A DNA stretch of 64,000 nt from Candidatus Moraniibacteriota bacterium (GTDB lineage Bacteria; Patescibacteriota; Minisyncoccia; Moranbacterales; GCA-2747515), in assembly GCA_942490825.1 (NCBI GenBank), contig CALNYG010000004.1:116888-180887 (forward strand), read 5' to 3'. This document shows positions 17,612 through 27,917 of the stretch, piece after piece. Below the pieces are notes generated by a model that searched no databases, was not told where the DNA came from, and saw only the letters and a program-made list of their open reading frames with translations. The position numbers were made by a program, and so were the translations under genes. How positions within the stretch are numbered: the stretch's first letter is position 1; every line of letters starts with the position of its first letter.

Positions 17612-18829
17612 ATGAATAACTACAAAAAAGACTTTACAATTTTAAGAAATGATCCTACTTTAATTTATCTTGATTCGACTAATACTTCATTAACCCCCGA
17701 CTCAGTGATTAATAAAATCAATGAATATTACACAAAATATAACGCCAACATCGGACGCGGAATTTATAAAATAAGCGAAAAAGCTACTGAAGAATACGAA
17801 GCAACCCGTGAAAAAATCGCGGAATTTATCAATGCCAAAGAAAATGAAGTTGTTTTCACTTCAGGAGCAACTATGGGTTTAAATTTAATCACGTATGGAC
17901 TAGTGGATCTAGTTGAAAAAAAAGATAATATCGTAACCACTGCTATGGAACATCACGCTAATTTTATTCCCTGGCAACAACTTGCAAAAAACAAAAAGGC
18001 TGAATTTAGAATCGCCAAAATCGATGAGCAAGGCAGATTAGATCTAGAAGACTTAAAAAACAAAATTGATAAAAACACAAAAATTTTTTCCTTAACTTAT
18101 GTTTCAAATGTTTTAGGTACAATTAATCCTGTTGAAAAAATTATTCAGGAAGTAAAAAAAATAAATCCAGAAATCATCACCGTCGTTGATGCTGCTCAAG
18201 CCGTACCCCACATGGAAATTGATGTTAAAAAAATTGATTGCGATTTCTTATCTTTTAGTTCTCACAAAATGTTAGGACCAACTGGAGTCGGCGTACTTTA
18301 TGGAAAAATTGAGAAGTTAGAAAAATTAAAACCTCTTTTTACTGGTGGCGAAATGATTAACGAAGTAACTTGCCAAGAAAGCACTTTCGCTGAACTGCCC
18401 CACCGCCTCGAAGCTGGCACACCTAATATTGCTGGAGTAATCGCCTTAAAAGAAGCTGTAAATTATTTGAAAAATATTGGCTTTGATGTAATTCAAAAAC
18501 ACGAACAAGAATTAGTTAAATATACTTTCGAAAGATTAGAAAAAGAATTTGGTGATGACGCAAAAATTTTCGGACCTAAAAATTTAAATGAAAGATCCGG
18601 ATCAATCAGTTTTACTTTCGGAAAATATCACCCTCATGACATCGCCGCTATTTTAGATCAAGAAAAAAACGTTTGTATTCGAGTTGGAATGCACTGTGCC
18701 ATGCCCCTACACCGAGAATTTTTAAATATCCCAGCTTCTGCCAGAGTAAGTTTTTATTTATACAATGATAAAAATGATATTGATAAGTTTATTGAAGGAT
18801 TAAAAAGAGTCGAAGAAATTTTAGGTTAA
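17612..18829 (+). CDS. sufS: cysteine desulfurase, SufS type
   Basis: PLP-Lys motif SFSSHKMLGPTG and catalytic Cys in RVGMHCAMP; 405 aa. Confidence 0.88.
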   Translation: MNNYKKDFTILRNDPTLIYLDSTNTSLTPDSVINKINEYYTKYNANIGRGIYKISEKATEEYEATREKIAEFINAKENEVVFTSGATMGLNLITYGLVDLVEKKDNIVTTAMEHHANFIPWQQLAKNKKAEFRIAKIDEQGRLDLEDLKNKIDKNTKIFSLTYVSNVLGTINPVEKIIQEVKKINPEIITVVDAAQAVPHMEIDVKKIDCDFLSFSSHKMLGPTGVGVLYGKIEKLEKLKPLFTGGEMINEVTCQESTFAELPHRLEAGTPNIAGVIALKEAVNYLKNIGFDVIQKHEQELVKYTFERLEKEFGDDAKIFGPKNLNERSGSISFTFGKYHPHDIAAILDQEKNVCIRVGMHCAMPLHREFLNIPASARVSFYLYNDKNDIDKFIEGLKRVEEILG

Positions 18830-18851
18830 AAAATAATTAAAATAAAATATT

Positions 18852-19199
18852 ATGAATAAAATAAATAAAGTAAAAGAATTCTCAATTGGATTTATCATTG
18901 GATTTTTTTTCACTATAAACATGTTTATAGCTGCATTATTTGTAGTTCCTGTAACACAAATATTAGTTCCTCAAAATAATTATCTACCCTTGTTCCTATT
19001 AATGCCAATCTTCATACTTATATTGTTATATATAATGAAAAAATTCAAAAAAAATGAATTCTTAAAAATAGGAATAATTTCAGAATTAATAATGTTTGCT
19101 ATATTAGTAAATTCAATTAACCTAATGAATATAAAACCAATAAACAGTTTATATTTTACAGTTTATAGGTATATTGAAAATATTTTAAATTTTTTATAA
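18852..19199 (+). CDS. hypothetical small membrane protein
   Basis: 115 aa with about 3 predicted hydrophobic helices, sitting between sufS and sufU. No recognisable motif. Confidence 0.4.
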   Translation: MNKINKVKEFSIGFIIGFFFTINMFIAALFVVPVTQILVPQNNYLPLFLLMPIFILILLYIMKKFKKNEFLKIGIISELIMFAILVNSINLMNIKPINSLYFTVYRYIENILNFL

Positions 19200-19209
19200 T
19201 TAAAAAAAT

Positions 19210-19581
19210 ATGAACATCTATCAAGAACAAATTTTAGAGCATTATCATAACCCATCAAATCAAGAAAAAATTGAAAAGCTAACCCACAAACACTGCGGGC
19301 AAAATTCAAGTTGCGGAGACAGTTTATGCTTCGACTTAAAAATTGAAGACGATAAAATTAAAGAATTAAGTTTTTCCGGAGAAGGCTGTGCCATCTCTCA
19401 AGCAGCTGCTTCAATGTTAAGTGAAGAAGTAAAAAATAAAAATATCGATTTTGTAAAAAATTTAACTGGAAATGATATTGTTGAAATACTAGGTTTAAAA
19501 TTAAGTCCAACCAGATTAAAATGTGCTTTACTGTCTTTGGAAGTTTTAAGAAAAACTTTAGAAAATAAAGTTGAAAAATAA
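19210..19581 (+). CDS. sufU: Fe-S cluster scaffold / sulfur acceptor SufU (IscU-like)
   Basis: EHYHNPSN, SCGDSL, GEGCAISQAAASM and RLKCALLSLE. Confidence 0.85.
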   Translation: MNIYQEQILEHYHNPSNQEKIEKLTHKHCGQNSSCGDSLCFDLKIEDDKIKELSFSGEGCAISQAAASMLSEEVKNKNIDFVKNLTGNDIVEILGLKLSPTRLKCALLSLEVLRKTLENKVEK

Positions 19582-19643
19582 TATTTTTATTACTTTAAGT
19601 ATTTTAAACAAAAAGTCACTAAATTATAAAAATTAAAATTGCT

Positions 19644-19943
19644 ATGAAAAAAGACAAAAAACTTTTCAAACTACTAGACCAAGTTATCGACCCTGAGCTA
19701 CACATACCCATAACTGACATGGGTTTAGTTTACGGTGCAGAAATTGACGAAAATAAAATTGCACAAATCACAATCACCTTAACAACAATTGGCTGTCCGT
19801 TGGCTGATGTAATTTGTGATGATATAAAAAATATTTTGATTAAAGAAAAAAATATTGAAGATGTTAAAGTTGAAATTACTTTTGATCCACCATGGACGCC
19901 ATCAATGATGAGCGACTCCGCAAAAATGGATTTAGGTTTTTGA
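19644..19943 (+). CDS. DUF59 / SufT-like Fe-S assembly protein
   Basis: VIDPELHIPITDMGLVYG and TLTTIGCPLAD. The stop codon is TGA. Confidence 0.75.
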   Translation: MKKDKKLFKLLDQVIDPELHIPITDMGLVYGAEIDENKIAQITITLTTIGCPLADVICDDIKNILIKEKNIEDVKVEITFDPPWTPSMMSDSAKMDLGF

Positions 19944-20024
19944 ATTTGACTTTTGCGTCAATATGGATTAATTTAAATTTAAGTTAATCTACTAGTACTT
20001 TCAAATAAAAGTTAGGGGGAATAA

Positions 20025-20402
20025 ATGAATAAAATATTTAAGTTAATAAACTTAATTCAAGCTGATCAACTATTGTTACATCTCGAAAAATTAATTGATA
20101 TAGATGTTACAATAGAAAGAAGAGGTAAAAAAATATCTTGCTATATATCTGAAATTATATTACATGATGATACTAGAATAAAAATATTTTTTTATCCCTT
20201 TCAAGAAAATAAAGATTTTTTAATAATCTTTCCCTACTCCGAAATAAATTACCAGTGTTCCAAATACAGCACCCGTTTTACTATAACTGAGCCTAGTAAT
20301 TTAATGTCTAATATTACCGCAAAACAAAGAAATGGGATCATATCCCTTTCCCCTGCTAGATACAGCACAGGGGAGAGATGGACAATCTCAAAAAAGTACT
20401 AA
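20025..20402 (+). CDS. hypothetical protein
   Basis: 125-aa ORF preceded by AGGGGGA and followed by a strong terminator. No recognisable motif. Confidence 0.45.
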   Translation: MNKIFKLINLIQADQLLLHLEKLIDIDVTIERRGKKISCYISEIILHDDTRIKIFFYPFQENKDFLIIFPYSEINYQCSKYSTRFTITEPSNLMSNITAKQRNGIISLSPARYSTGERWTISKKY

Positions 20403-20405
20403 ACC

Positions 20406-20448
20406 GTGGTGCTTTATCAATATCTGATAAAGCACCACTTTTATTTTT
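20406..20448. terminator. bidirectional terminator between convergent genes
   Basis: GTGGTGCTTTATC / GATAAAGCACCAC 13-bp stem, then TTTTATTTTT. Confidence 0.7.
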
Positions 20449-20453
20449 AAAAA

Positions 20454-21401
20454 CTATTCCATTTCCAAAGCTTCAAATCGCCTTTTGTATTCAGAAAAAA
20501 CTTTTGGACCATGCGGTTCTGGCAAAAAAACCAAATGATTATCATTTGCAATAATTAAAGCTCCCATTTTTTTAGTCTTAGGATTATTTAGAATCTTTTT
20601 CTTTTGAAAATCCCTCATTTTATTTTCAATTAATTCAAAATTAAAATTTTTTTCAAAAAACACTCTAAACAATTTACTAAATTTAGAATCATGAATAGTC
20701 AATTCACTATCAAAATTATAAAAATCATAATTCGGTTTATATTCCCTCATCCATATCGAATTAGCTTTTTGAAAATCAGCAAAAACTTTTCCGCAATCAA
20801 AAATTGGCAAAATGAAACTATATTCTTGAGCTGAAAATAAATCCTGCGTCGGAACTTTTAAAGATTTATCTGTAATATAATAATTCAAACAAATTCGATT
20901 TTTCTGCTTTTTACCATACCGTCGCCAACCCAAAATTTGCGTAACTGCCGTCATAAAAAAACGGCCTGTCCAAATATGTTTATTTTTCAAAACTATTAAA
21001 ACATCTAAGTCACTTTCATTATTCCCATTCTTCTGAGACAATCCCCCTGTTAAGCAAATCATCCGCACAAACGGAACAAATTTTAAAATAAAAGTTTTTT
21101 TCCTTAGCTTTTTAATTTTATCGACACTAATCGTTTCTCTTTTTTTTCTTTTACTAATAAGATCCTCCCTGCCCTGTAAAAAATAAAATCCATTTTTCTC
21201 ACTGGCATATTTCTTAACTGTAGAACCTTCTAAGGCAAACATCACTTCAGTTAATGTCCAACTACTTTTTTCGTCTTCAATATTCACAGATGAGCTGGCT
21301 TTAATTAAATGTTTCCAAATTTCAAAAGCGGTCAATGGGTAATCATTGACATCGAAATAGGTTATTGTTGCTATTATGTTTTTTTGTAGTTGGTTGGTCA
21401 T
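20454..21401 (-). CDS. nucleotidyltransferase-domain protein (Pol-beta superfamily-like), hypothetical
   Basis: GGLS...ESDLDVLIV motif resembling the G[SG]-x(n)-DxD of MNT/KNTase-type NTases; 315 aa. Confidence 0.45.
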   Translation of the reverse strand: MTNQLQKNIIATITYFDVNDYPLTAFEIWKHLIKASSSVNIEDEKSSWTLTEVMFALEGSTVKKYASEKNGFYFLQGREDLISKRKKRETISVDKIKKLRKKTFILKFVPFVRMICLTGGLSQKNGNNESDLDVLIVLKNKHIWTGRFFMTAVTQILGWRRYGKKQKNRICLNYYITDKSLKVPTQDLFSAQEYSFILPIFDCGKVFADFQKANSIWMREYKPNYDFYNFDSELTIHDSKFSKLFRVFFEKNFNFELIENKMRDFQKKKILNNPKTKKMGALIIANDNHLVFLPEPHGPKVFSEYKRRFEALEME

Positions 21402-21429
21402 TTAAAATTAAGTAATCCGTAAATTGTAA

Positions 21430-22083
21430 CTAATTATTATTTAAATATAAGTTAATCTCCTTTAATGTTTCGTCATAAATTTTATTTACTTTTTGCATAG
21501 TTTCTTTATTATTCAAAAAAACTTTGATATTTTCTCTAATTTCTGTTCGGCTCTTTTTACTTATACCTAAATCCCTGCATGTCTGTATACAATCTTCAAT
21601 AACAATAGATTTTTCATCTTTATACAAATCAACTATTATTTGATTATATTTCTTATTGTAATCAAAAATTTCATCATTTGGATTAAAAGTATAGTTTTTA
21701 ATAAATTCAACGCATTGACTCAAATCAAATTTTTGTATATCATCTATATCTTGAATAATTTTTATAGCTGTAAAAATAGGATATTCTTTATACGTAAATT
21801 TACCTTCATTTACAAAACTTGGAACTAAGTCTGCAAAAAACTTACCAATAATAAAATTCTGCTTATCATCTACCAATAAATGGCAATGCCAACCTTTATG
21901 AAAATCATCTTTCGCAAATTCAGAGTTTAAAAATTTCTCATTATGAGTTAAATTTCTATCAATACCAGAAATATATCTACTATCTGGATAAATAGCACCA
22001 ACAATATATTTTTCTAAATCCTTCACTTGATATCTTTCTTTTAAATCAAGTGCAAATCTCATGTGCGTTGCTTCTAATGCCAT
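21430..22083 (-). CDS. hypothetical protein (His-rich, possible metal-dependent hydrolase)
   Basis: 217 aa with THMRFA...YPDSRY...GWHCHLLVD motifs. The assignment is weak. Confidence 0.3.
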   Translation of the reverse strand: MALEATHMRFALDLKERYQVKDLEKYIVGAIYPDSRYISGIDRNLTHNEKFLNSEFAKDDFHKGWHCHLLVDDKQNFIIGKFFADLVPSFVNEGKFTYKEYPIFTAIKIIQDIDDIQKFDLSQCVEFIKNYTFNPNDEIFDYNKKYNQIIVDLYKDEKSIVIEDCIQTCRDLGISKKSRTEIRENIKVFLNNKETMQKVNKIYDETLKEINLYLNNN

Positions 22084-22145
22084 AATAAAATATTTTGAAA
22101 TTTTATTTATTCAAGATTTTAAATTCCTAATTCAAAACTTTACCC

Positions 22146-24989
22146 CTACAAATATTTCCCCGTCAAACTTTTCTTACACTTCTTTAACTTATCAGGTCTT
22201 CCCACAAAAATAATCTCACCACCAGCATCACCACCATCTGGCCCAAGCTCAACCACCCAGTCCGCCTGTTTAACCACATCCAAATTATGCTCCACAACAA
22301 TAATCGTATTTCCCTTATCAACCAATCGTTCTAAAACATGTAACAATTTTCTAATATCCTCAAAATGCAAGCCAACTGTTGGCTCATCTAAAATATATAA
22401 AGTATTTCCAATCGACTTTCTTGCCAATTCAGTCGCTAACTTAATTCTTTGCGCTTCACCACCAGAAAGATTTGTCGCACTCTGTCCTAACTTTAAATAA
22501 TCTAAACCAACATCCTTCATAATTTGCAACTTGTCCGCAATCAAAGGCTCGTTCCTAAAAAATTCCAACGCATAACCCACACTCATACCTAACACATCCG
22601 CAATATTTTGACCACAATGCTCAATTTCTAAAATTTTATTACTGTACCGACTACCATTACAAGCCTCACATTCAACATACACATCTGGCAACAAATGCAT
22701 CTCAACCTTTGTTACACCATCACCATGACACACCTCGCAACGTCCACCTTTCATATTAAAACTAAAATGACGTGCTGTATATCCTCGCTCCTCAGCTTGC
22801 CCAACTTCCGCAAATAACTCTCGAATATGTGTAAAAATTCCAGTATAAGTTGCTGCATTTGAACGAGGAGTTTTACCGATTGGAGACTGAGTAATATTAA
22901 TTACTTTTTTAATATTTGCCAAACCTTCAATTGATTTATGTAAACCAGGATTTGCCTTTGCATTATAAAAATGCTTACTTAAAGCTCGAGCTAAAATATT
23001 ATTTACTAAAGTTGATTTACCGCTGCCAGAAACTCCTGCCACAACATTAAAAGATTCCAATGGGAAATCAATTGACACGTTTTTTAAATTATTCTCCTCT
23101 GCATCATTCACAGAAATAAATTTACCATTGCCATGACGATACTTTATTTTATTATGAACCTTCTTTTTTCCACTAATATATTGACTAGTCAAACTATTTG
23201 ATTTTTCAAGTTTTTTAAAATCACCATCAAAAATTAACTCACCGCCTAATTCACCTGCTCCCTCACCCATATCAATAATATGATCTGCTGATTTAATCAC
23301 ATCTGCATCATGCTCAACAACTAATAAAGTATTTCCTGACTCCTGCAAGTTTTTCATCGTTTCAATAAGTTTGAAAGTATCTCGACTATGCAAACCAATT
23401 GTTGGTTCATCTAAAACATAAATCACTCCCGTCAAATCAGATTTAATTTGAACTGATAGACGAATTCGCTGAGCTTCACCACCGCTCAAAGTGTTACTCG
23501 TTCGTGATAAAGATAAATATTCTAAACCAACATTACAAAGAATGTTCGTACGTGAAGACATTTCACTAACTAATTGACTAACAACACTTTTCTTTGAGCC
23601 ATTTTCCCACTTCAAAGTATTCAATTTGACTATTTCATTTTTAAAATCACCTAAAGACATTTGAACATAGTCATCAATTGATTTACCATCAATTAATACT
23701 GAAAGGTATTCTTTTCTTAATTTTCTACCATCACATTCAGTACAAATATGTTTATCCATATATCTTTCCAAATCTATTCGCATATGATCAGATTTAGTGT
23801 TATCATACTTATCCTCTAAATCTTTAATAACACCATCGAATTTTACTTTCTCTCCTTTTACTGTCATCATATCTTCTGAACCCTGAAAAATAATATCTAA
23901 TTGTTTCTTGGTAAATTTACTAACTGGTTGATTGACTGAAAATTTATATTTTCTGCCCAAAGATCTTAAAAGTGCTATTTTATCTTGATTAAAATTACTC
24001 TTATGATTAAAGTTTGCCCAACAATGAATAGCACCTTCTAAAATTGATAATTTTTTATTTGGAATAAGTAGATCAGCATCAAACTTATTTTGCTTTCCAA
24101 TTCCATCACAGACAGGACAAGCTCCCTCTGGATGATTAAAAGAAAAATTTCGTGAATTTAGTTCTGACAGATGAAAGCCTGACTCTGGAGAAAAAAACTC
24201 ATTTGAATACAATTTCTCCTCCTTCTTATAAAGAATAATACAAGCGCCTAAACCTATTTTCATAGCTGTATCTATCGAATCGAAAATATATTCTCGATCT
24301 TCTTCATCTCCAGAAAAAGTAAATTCATCAATCACAATTTCAATCTTTGCATCCACCTCATCATCAACAACTGACTGAATATCATTAACTGTAACAATTT
24401 TGTCATTGTAACGAACTCTTGCAAATCCTTTCTTTGCAACTAAATTTAATACATTACTGTTCTTTTTTTCTTCTGTGACAAATGGCGCCAAAATCATAAC
24501 CCGTTCATCTTTATCAAACTGTAAAATTTCATCTACTATATCAGAAGCAGTTTTTCTATCTAAAGACTTCCCTGTCTTAGGACAATGTGGAATTCCCACT
24601 GTAGAAAAAAGTATTCGAAGATAATCATAAATCTCAGTCATTGTTCCTACTGTAGAACGTATTGACCGACCAACACTCTTTTGATCAATGGCAATTGCTG
24701 GTGAAAGATTTTCTATCTTCTCAACATCTGGCTTAGTTGCTACTCCAATTAAAGTTCTAGCGTAAGATGACAAACTCTCCATAAATCGCCGATTACTTTC
24801 TGCATAAACTACGTCAAAAACCAATGAGCTTTTTCCACTTCCTGACAGTCCAGTTACCACTGTCATTTTGTTTCTTGGAAATTTTACTGAAATATCTTTA
24901 AGATTGTTTTCTTTTGCTCCGTAAACTGAAATGTTACTAAAGTCTGTTTTTGACTTACTTGATTTCGAGGCTGTTTTCTTTTTTGACAT
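22146..24989 (-). CDS. uvrA: excinuclease ABC subunit A
   Basis: Two ABC modules (GLSGSGKSS, GVSGSGKST, LSGGEAQR x2) and Zn-finger Cys clusters. I prefer the ATG at 24989. Confidence 0.95.
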   Translation of the reverse strand: MSKKKTASKSSKSKTDFSNISVYGAKENNLKDISVKFPRNKMTVVTGLSGSGKSSLVFDVVYAESNRRFMESLSSYARTLIGVATKPDVEKIENLSPAIAIDQKSVGRSIRSTVGTMTEIYDYLRILFSTVGIPHCPKTGKSLDRKTASDIVDEILQFDKDERVMILAPFVTEEKKNSNVLNLVAKKGFARVRYNDKIVTVNDIQSVVDDEVDAKIEIVIDEFTFSGDEEDREYIFDSIDTAMKIGLGACIILYKKEEKLYSNEFFSPESGFHLSELNSRNFSFNHPEGACPVCDGIGKQNKFDADLLIPNKKLSILEGAIHCWANFNHKSNFNQDKIALLRSLGRKYKFSVNQPVSKFTKKQLDIIFQGSEDMMTVKGEKVKFDGVIKDLEDKYDNTKSDHMRIDLERYMDKHICTECDGRKLRKEYLSVLIDGKSIDDYVQMSLGDFKNEIVKLNTLKWENGSKKSVVSQLVSEMSSRTNILCNVGLEYLSLSRTSNTLSGGEAQRIRLSVQIKSDLTGVIYVLDEPTIGLHSRDTFKLIETMKNLQESGNTLLVVEHDADVIKSADHIIDMGEGAGELGGELIFDGDFKKLEKSNSLTSQYISGKKKVHNKIKYRHGNGKFISVNDAEENNLKNVSIDFPLESFNVVAGVSGSGKSTLVNNILARALSKHFYNAKANPGLHKSIEGLANIKKVINITQSPIGKTPRSNAATYTGIFTHIRELFAEVGQAEERGYTARHFSFNMKGGRCEVCHGDGVTKVEMHLLPDVYVECEACNGSRYSNKILEIEHCGQNIADVLGMSVGYALEFFRNEPLIADKLQIMKDVGLDYLKLGQSATNLSGGEAQRIKLATELARKSIGNTLYILDEPTVGLHFEDIRKLLHVLERLVDKGNTIIVVEHNLDVVKQADWVVELGPDGGDAGGEIIFVGRPDKLKKCKKSLTGKYL

Positions 24990-25066
24990 AGAGAGTTTTT
25001 TATGAATAGTTATCAATTATTTATAATACCATTTTTTAAATTTTTGTAAAGAACTTAATTTTTTAT

Positions 25067-25088
25067 GTGCTCGCCGCATGGGCTTTTT
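25067..25088 (+). repeat. GC-box repeat copy 2
   Basis: GTGCTCGCCGCATGGGCTTTTT, with one C>T change that keeps a G.T pair. Confidence 0.9.
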
Positions 25089-25190
25089 AAAGCTTTGTTT
25101 TTTCTTGAAATTATTATTAAAATCACACCATTTTTTAAAGACATAGTGGTGCTACGTCTTCATGCTACAACATCACAATTAAAAAATGAT

Positions 25191-27878
25191 TTACTCATTC
25201 TCGTTTGTAGAAGAAAAATTACTTTTTTTAAGGCTAATCTCATCAATCAATTTCTGAACACTTTCCCTAGCTTGACTATCTTTTGGTAAAGTTTCTAAAA
25301 CCTTTTTATACTGTTCAATCGCCTCATCAAAACGATCTGTCATTTCATAAAGATGACCTAAACTTATTAATACACTAATTTCTGCACCATCCACTCCTAA
25401 AATTTGCTTAAACAAATTCTCTGCTCTCTCATTGTCAACTTTCGCATTCACATTGTTTTCGTCTGCACCACGAATCTGAAGCAATCTAGCTAAATTAAAA
25501 CCATAATTAATTTGTTGATTCATTGCTTTGTCACGACCAAGTTGATCTTTTATACTCAAATCTTTCTTGCTCGCTTCAATCGACTTTTCCATATTTTTGA
25601 TTGCACTATCAATATCACCTAAGAATTCATCAGCTGTAGCTAAATAATAATAAACAGATGCACTTCTATCACTTAAAATAAACTTACTTTCTGCCGTTCT
25701 AAAAAAACTTTGAGCATTTTTTGCTAACTCTTTTTTACGATTAACGCTTACTTCATCTATTGCACTAATCGTCTGCAATTCAATCAAATCAATCCTTCCT
25801 AATGAAATATAAAAAGATGGATTCTCTGGCTCTAGTTCTGATGCTTTTTTATAAAATTTTCTAGCGTTATCTAATGCTCCATCAGGAATATATTTCCATC
25901 CACTTTCATAAACAAATCCTGCCACTTCATTTGCAAAAACATCGTTTGGCATCATTTCTGCCCCACGAATAGCCTGCCCAACTGCATTATTAACATGGTC
26001 ATACACTTGTGTATCATCTTCCGCTATACTTTTATTAGCTAGAAGCAAACTGTACTGAGCTCCAATAGTGTAATAACGACCCTCCTTATGTCTAAGGTCA
26101 TTAGTTTTCATTAAATATTTTAAACCTTCTGCAAATTCATTTCGACTCTCCGCCCTGACAGCATTACCAGCGTATAAATCATCCATAAACATCTTACTAA
26201 AAGTAACTGCGCCAAAAATTATACTTATAACTACAACTAAAAATAAAAATGAATGCATTAAAGCATGTTGTGGAGAAGTTTTCAGAGAGAAAGTTTTAGA
26301 CGTACCATCTGAATTTGATTCACCTTGTACAACTCTAATTGATAAAGCCCCAAGTAAACTACCCAATAAAATCAACCCTCCATCTAAATTCCAAACTGAT
26401 CCTGAAAATATTAAAATAATAACTGAAACAAAAAGACCCAGTGACATCATCTTACTTTTATTACCGTATTTATTCAACATATGAACAAATGATCCAATAT
26501 AAGTCAAAATAACTGCTATCAAACCAGTGAATCCTAAGATCCCAGTTGTAGTCAAACTTTCAAAAATTATTCCCCTTCCTGAATAAATCCTTACATCCAT
26601 TGGCTTATTTAAAAATAAAGAAAAATTATAACCAAAAGTACTTGGGCCACTACCTAGTATAGGCTTGTTTTTTATAGTCTGTTCAGCTATTTTCCAAGAA
26701 TCATTATAATTAATTGGCGGAATTTCAACAGATAAAATTTCACTTTTAAAAATAGATTCTCCAAATATAAACAAAGCAATTAAAACCAAAAAAGTTCCAA
26801 CTGAAATATATATAATCTTTTGAGAAACATGTATAACTCTTGCTAATATAAAAACCAAAAAAATACTAATTGATATCAATATAGGAATCCACCTTACATA
26901 TTCAAAAAGAATTGAGATATTAAAAATAGTAACCACTAAAATCAAAAAAATAAAAACATTTGTAACAGGTTTAAATTCAGAAATTTCATTAGATTCATCA
27001 ACGATAGCTAACGTTGTTAGCAGCATGATTACCAAAACGCCAAAATAAACAGTCAAGCTAGCGAAAGAATCTCCTATTAGATTTAATGGAATGATTTCTA
27101 AAACATTAGATGGAATTATCTTTAACATACATAATGTAAACCACACAGAAATAGTCGAACCTATGACAACAGTTGAGAATAATAAAATTTTAGCACGCGA
27201 ATAATTAACATTCAAAATTATTAAATAATACGCTAAAATCATAATTAAAACACTCACAAATCCATGTACAGAATTAGAGAAAAACCCAAAAAAACTATGA
27301 TAACGATCCACCGAAAACAAAGCTGATAAGCCATATATAATCAAAAAAGCCAATAATACGAAATCCAAAGGAGTTCTACGAAGAGTTAGTGAACCTGCAA
27401 TTATACTCCTAATACCCCAAATCACTAGTCCAGCAAAGGTCCATAAATAAAAATAATATTGCTTTTCAAAATTTATTCCCTGATAAGTTAAATTAAGAAA
27501 AAATAACGGCAAACCAATAAATAGCATAGAAATACTCACCATCAGTAGTTTATCTAAAATAGCAATTTTTTTTCCATCTACATTTAAATTATTATTCTCA
27601 TTTTTATTAATAATTTTTTCTTGAGACAAGTATCTTTTTTGTTCTGATAATCTTTTTTTATTTTTAATATCTCCTAAATTAATTCCTATATTATTTTTTG
27701 GAGCTACTTTTTTTGATTGTTTAAATGAGTCGCTAACTGGTCTATTATTTAATGAATAACCACTAATGTTTTTAGAAAAATCTACTTGCTTCCTTGGTTG
27801 AGAAGAAAAATTTGATGCAGAGAAATTTGATTTCGCTCCATCAAAAGACTTTTTACTTTTTTTATTAATAAGGTCCAT
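25191..27878 (-). CDS. polytopic membrane protein, O-antigen-ligase-like (Wzy_C) with a C-terminal TPR domain
   Basis: 895 aa with more than 10 hydrophobic helices, followed by TPR-like repeats in the C-terminal ~330 aa. Confidence 0.55.
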   Translation of the reverse strand: MDLINKKSKKSFDGAKSNFSASNFSSQPRKQVDFSKNISGYSLNNRPVSDSFKQSKKVAPKNNIGINLGDIKNKKRLSEQKRYLSQEKIINKNENNNLNVDGKKIAILDKLLMVSISMLFIGLPLFFLNLTYQGINFEKQYYFYLWTFAGLVIWGIRSIIAGSLTLRRTPLDFVLLAFLIIYGLSALFSVDRYHSFFGFFSNSVHGFVSVLIMILAYYLIILNVNYSRAKILLFSTVVIGSTISVWFTLCMLKIIPSNVLEIIPLNLIGDSFASLTVYFGVLVIMLLTTLAIVDESNEISEFKPVTNVFIFLILVVTIFNISILFEYVRWIPILISISIFLVFILARVIHVSQKIIYISVGTFLVLIALFIFGESIFKSEILSVEIPPINYNDSWKIAEQTIKNKPILGSGPSTFGYNFSLFLNKPMDVRIYSGRGIIFESLTTTGILGFTGLIAVILTYIGSFVHMLNKYGNKSKMMSLGLFVSVIILIFSGSVWNLDGGLILLGSLLGALSIRVVQGESNSDGTSKTFSLKTSPQHALMHSFLFLVVVISIIFGAVTFSKMFMDDLYAGNAVRAESRNEFAEGLKYLMKTNDLRHKEGRYYTIGAQYSLLLANKSIAEDDTQVYDHVNNAVGQAIRGAEMMPNDVFANEVAGFVYESGWKYIPDGALDNARKFYKKASELEPENPSFYISLGRIDLIELQTISAIDEVSVNRKKELAKNAQSFFRTAESKFILSDRSASVYYYLATADEFLGDIDSAIKNMEKSIEASKKDLSIKDQLGRDKAMNQQINYGFNLARLLQIRGADENNVNAKVDNERAENLFKQILGVDGAEISVLISLGHLYEMTDRFDEAIEQYKKVLETLPKDSQARESVQKLIDEISLKKSNFSSTNENE

Positions 27879-27917
27879 TTTTTATTACTTTAAACTTAAG
27901 ATTTAAAAATCAAGATT

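Noticed and set aside
25065-25289. 74-aa ORF beginning MCSPHGLF
   Set aside because: Its first codons are simply the translation of GC-box repeat copy 2. The rest overlaps the 3' end of the TPR membrane-protein gene in antisense. There is no RBS.
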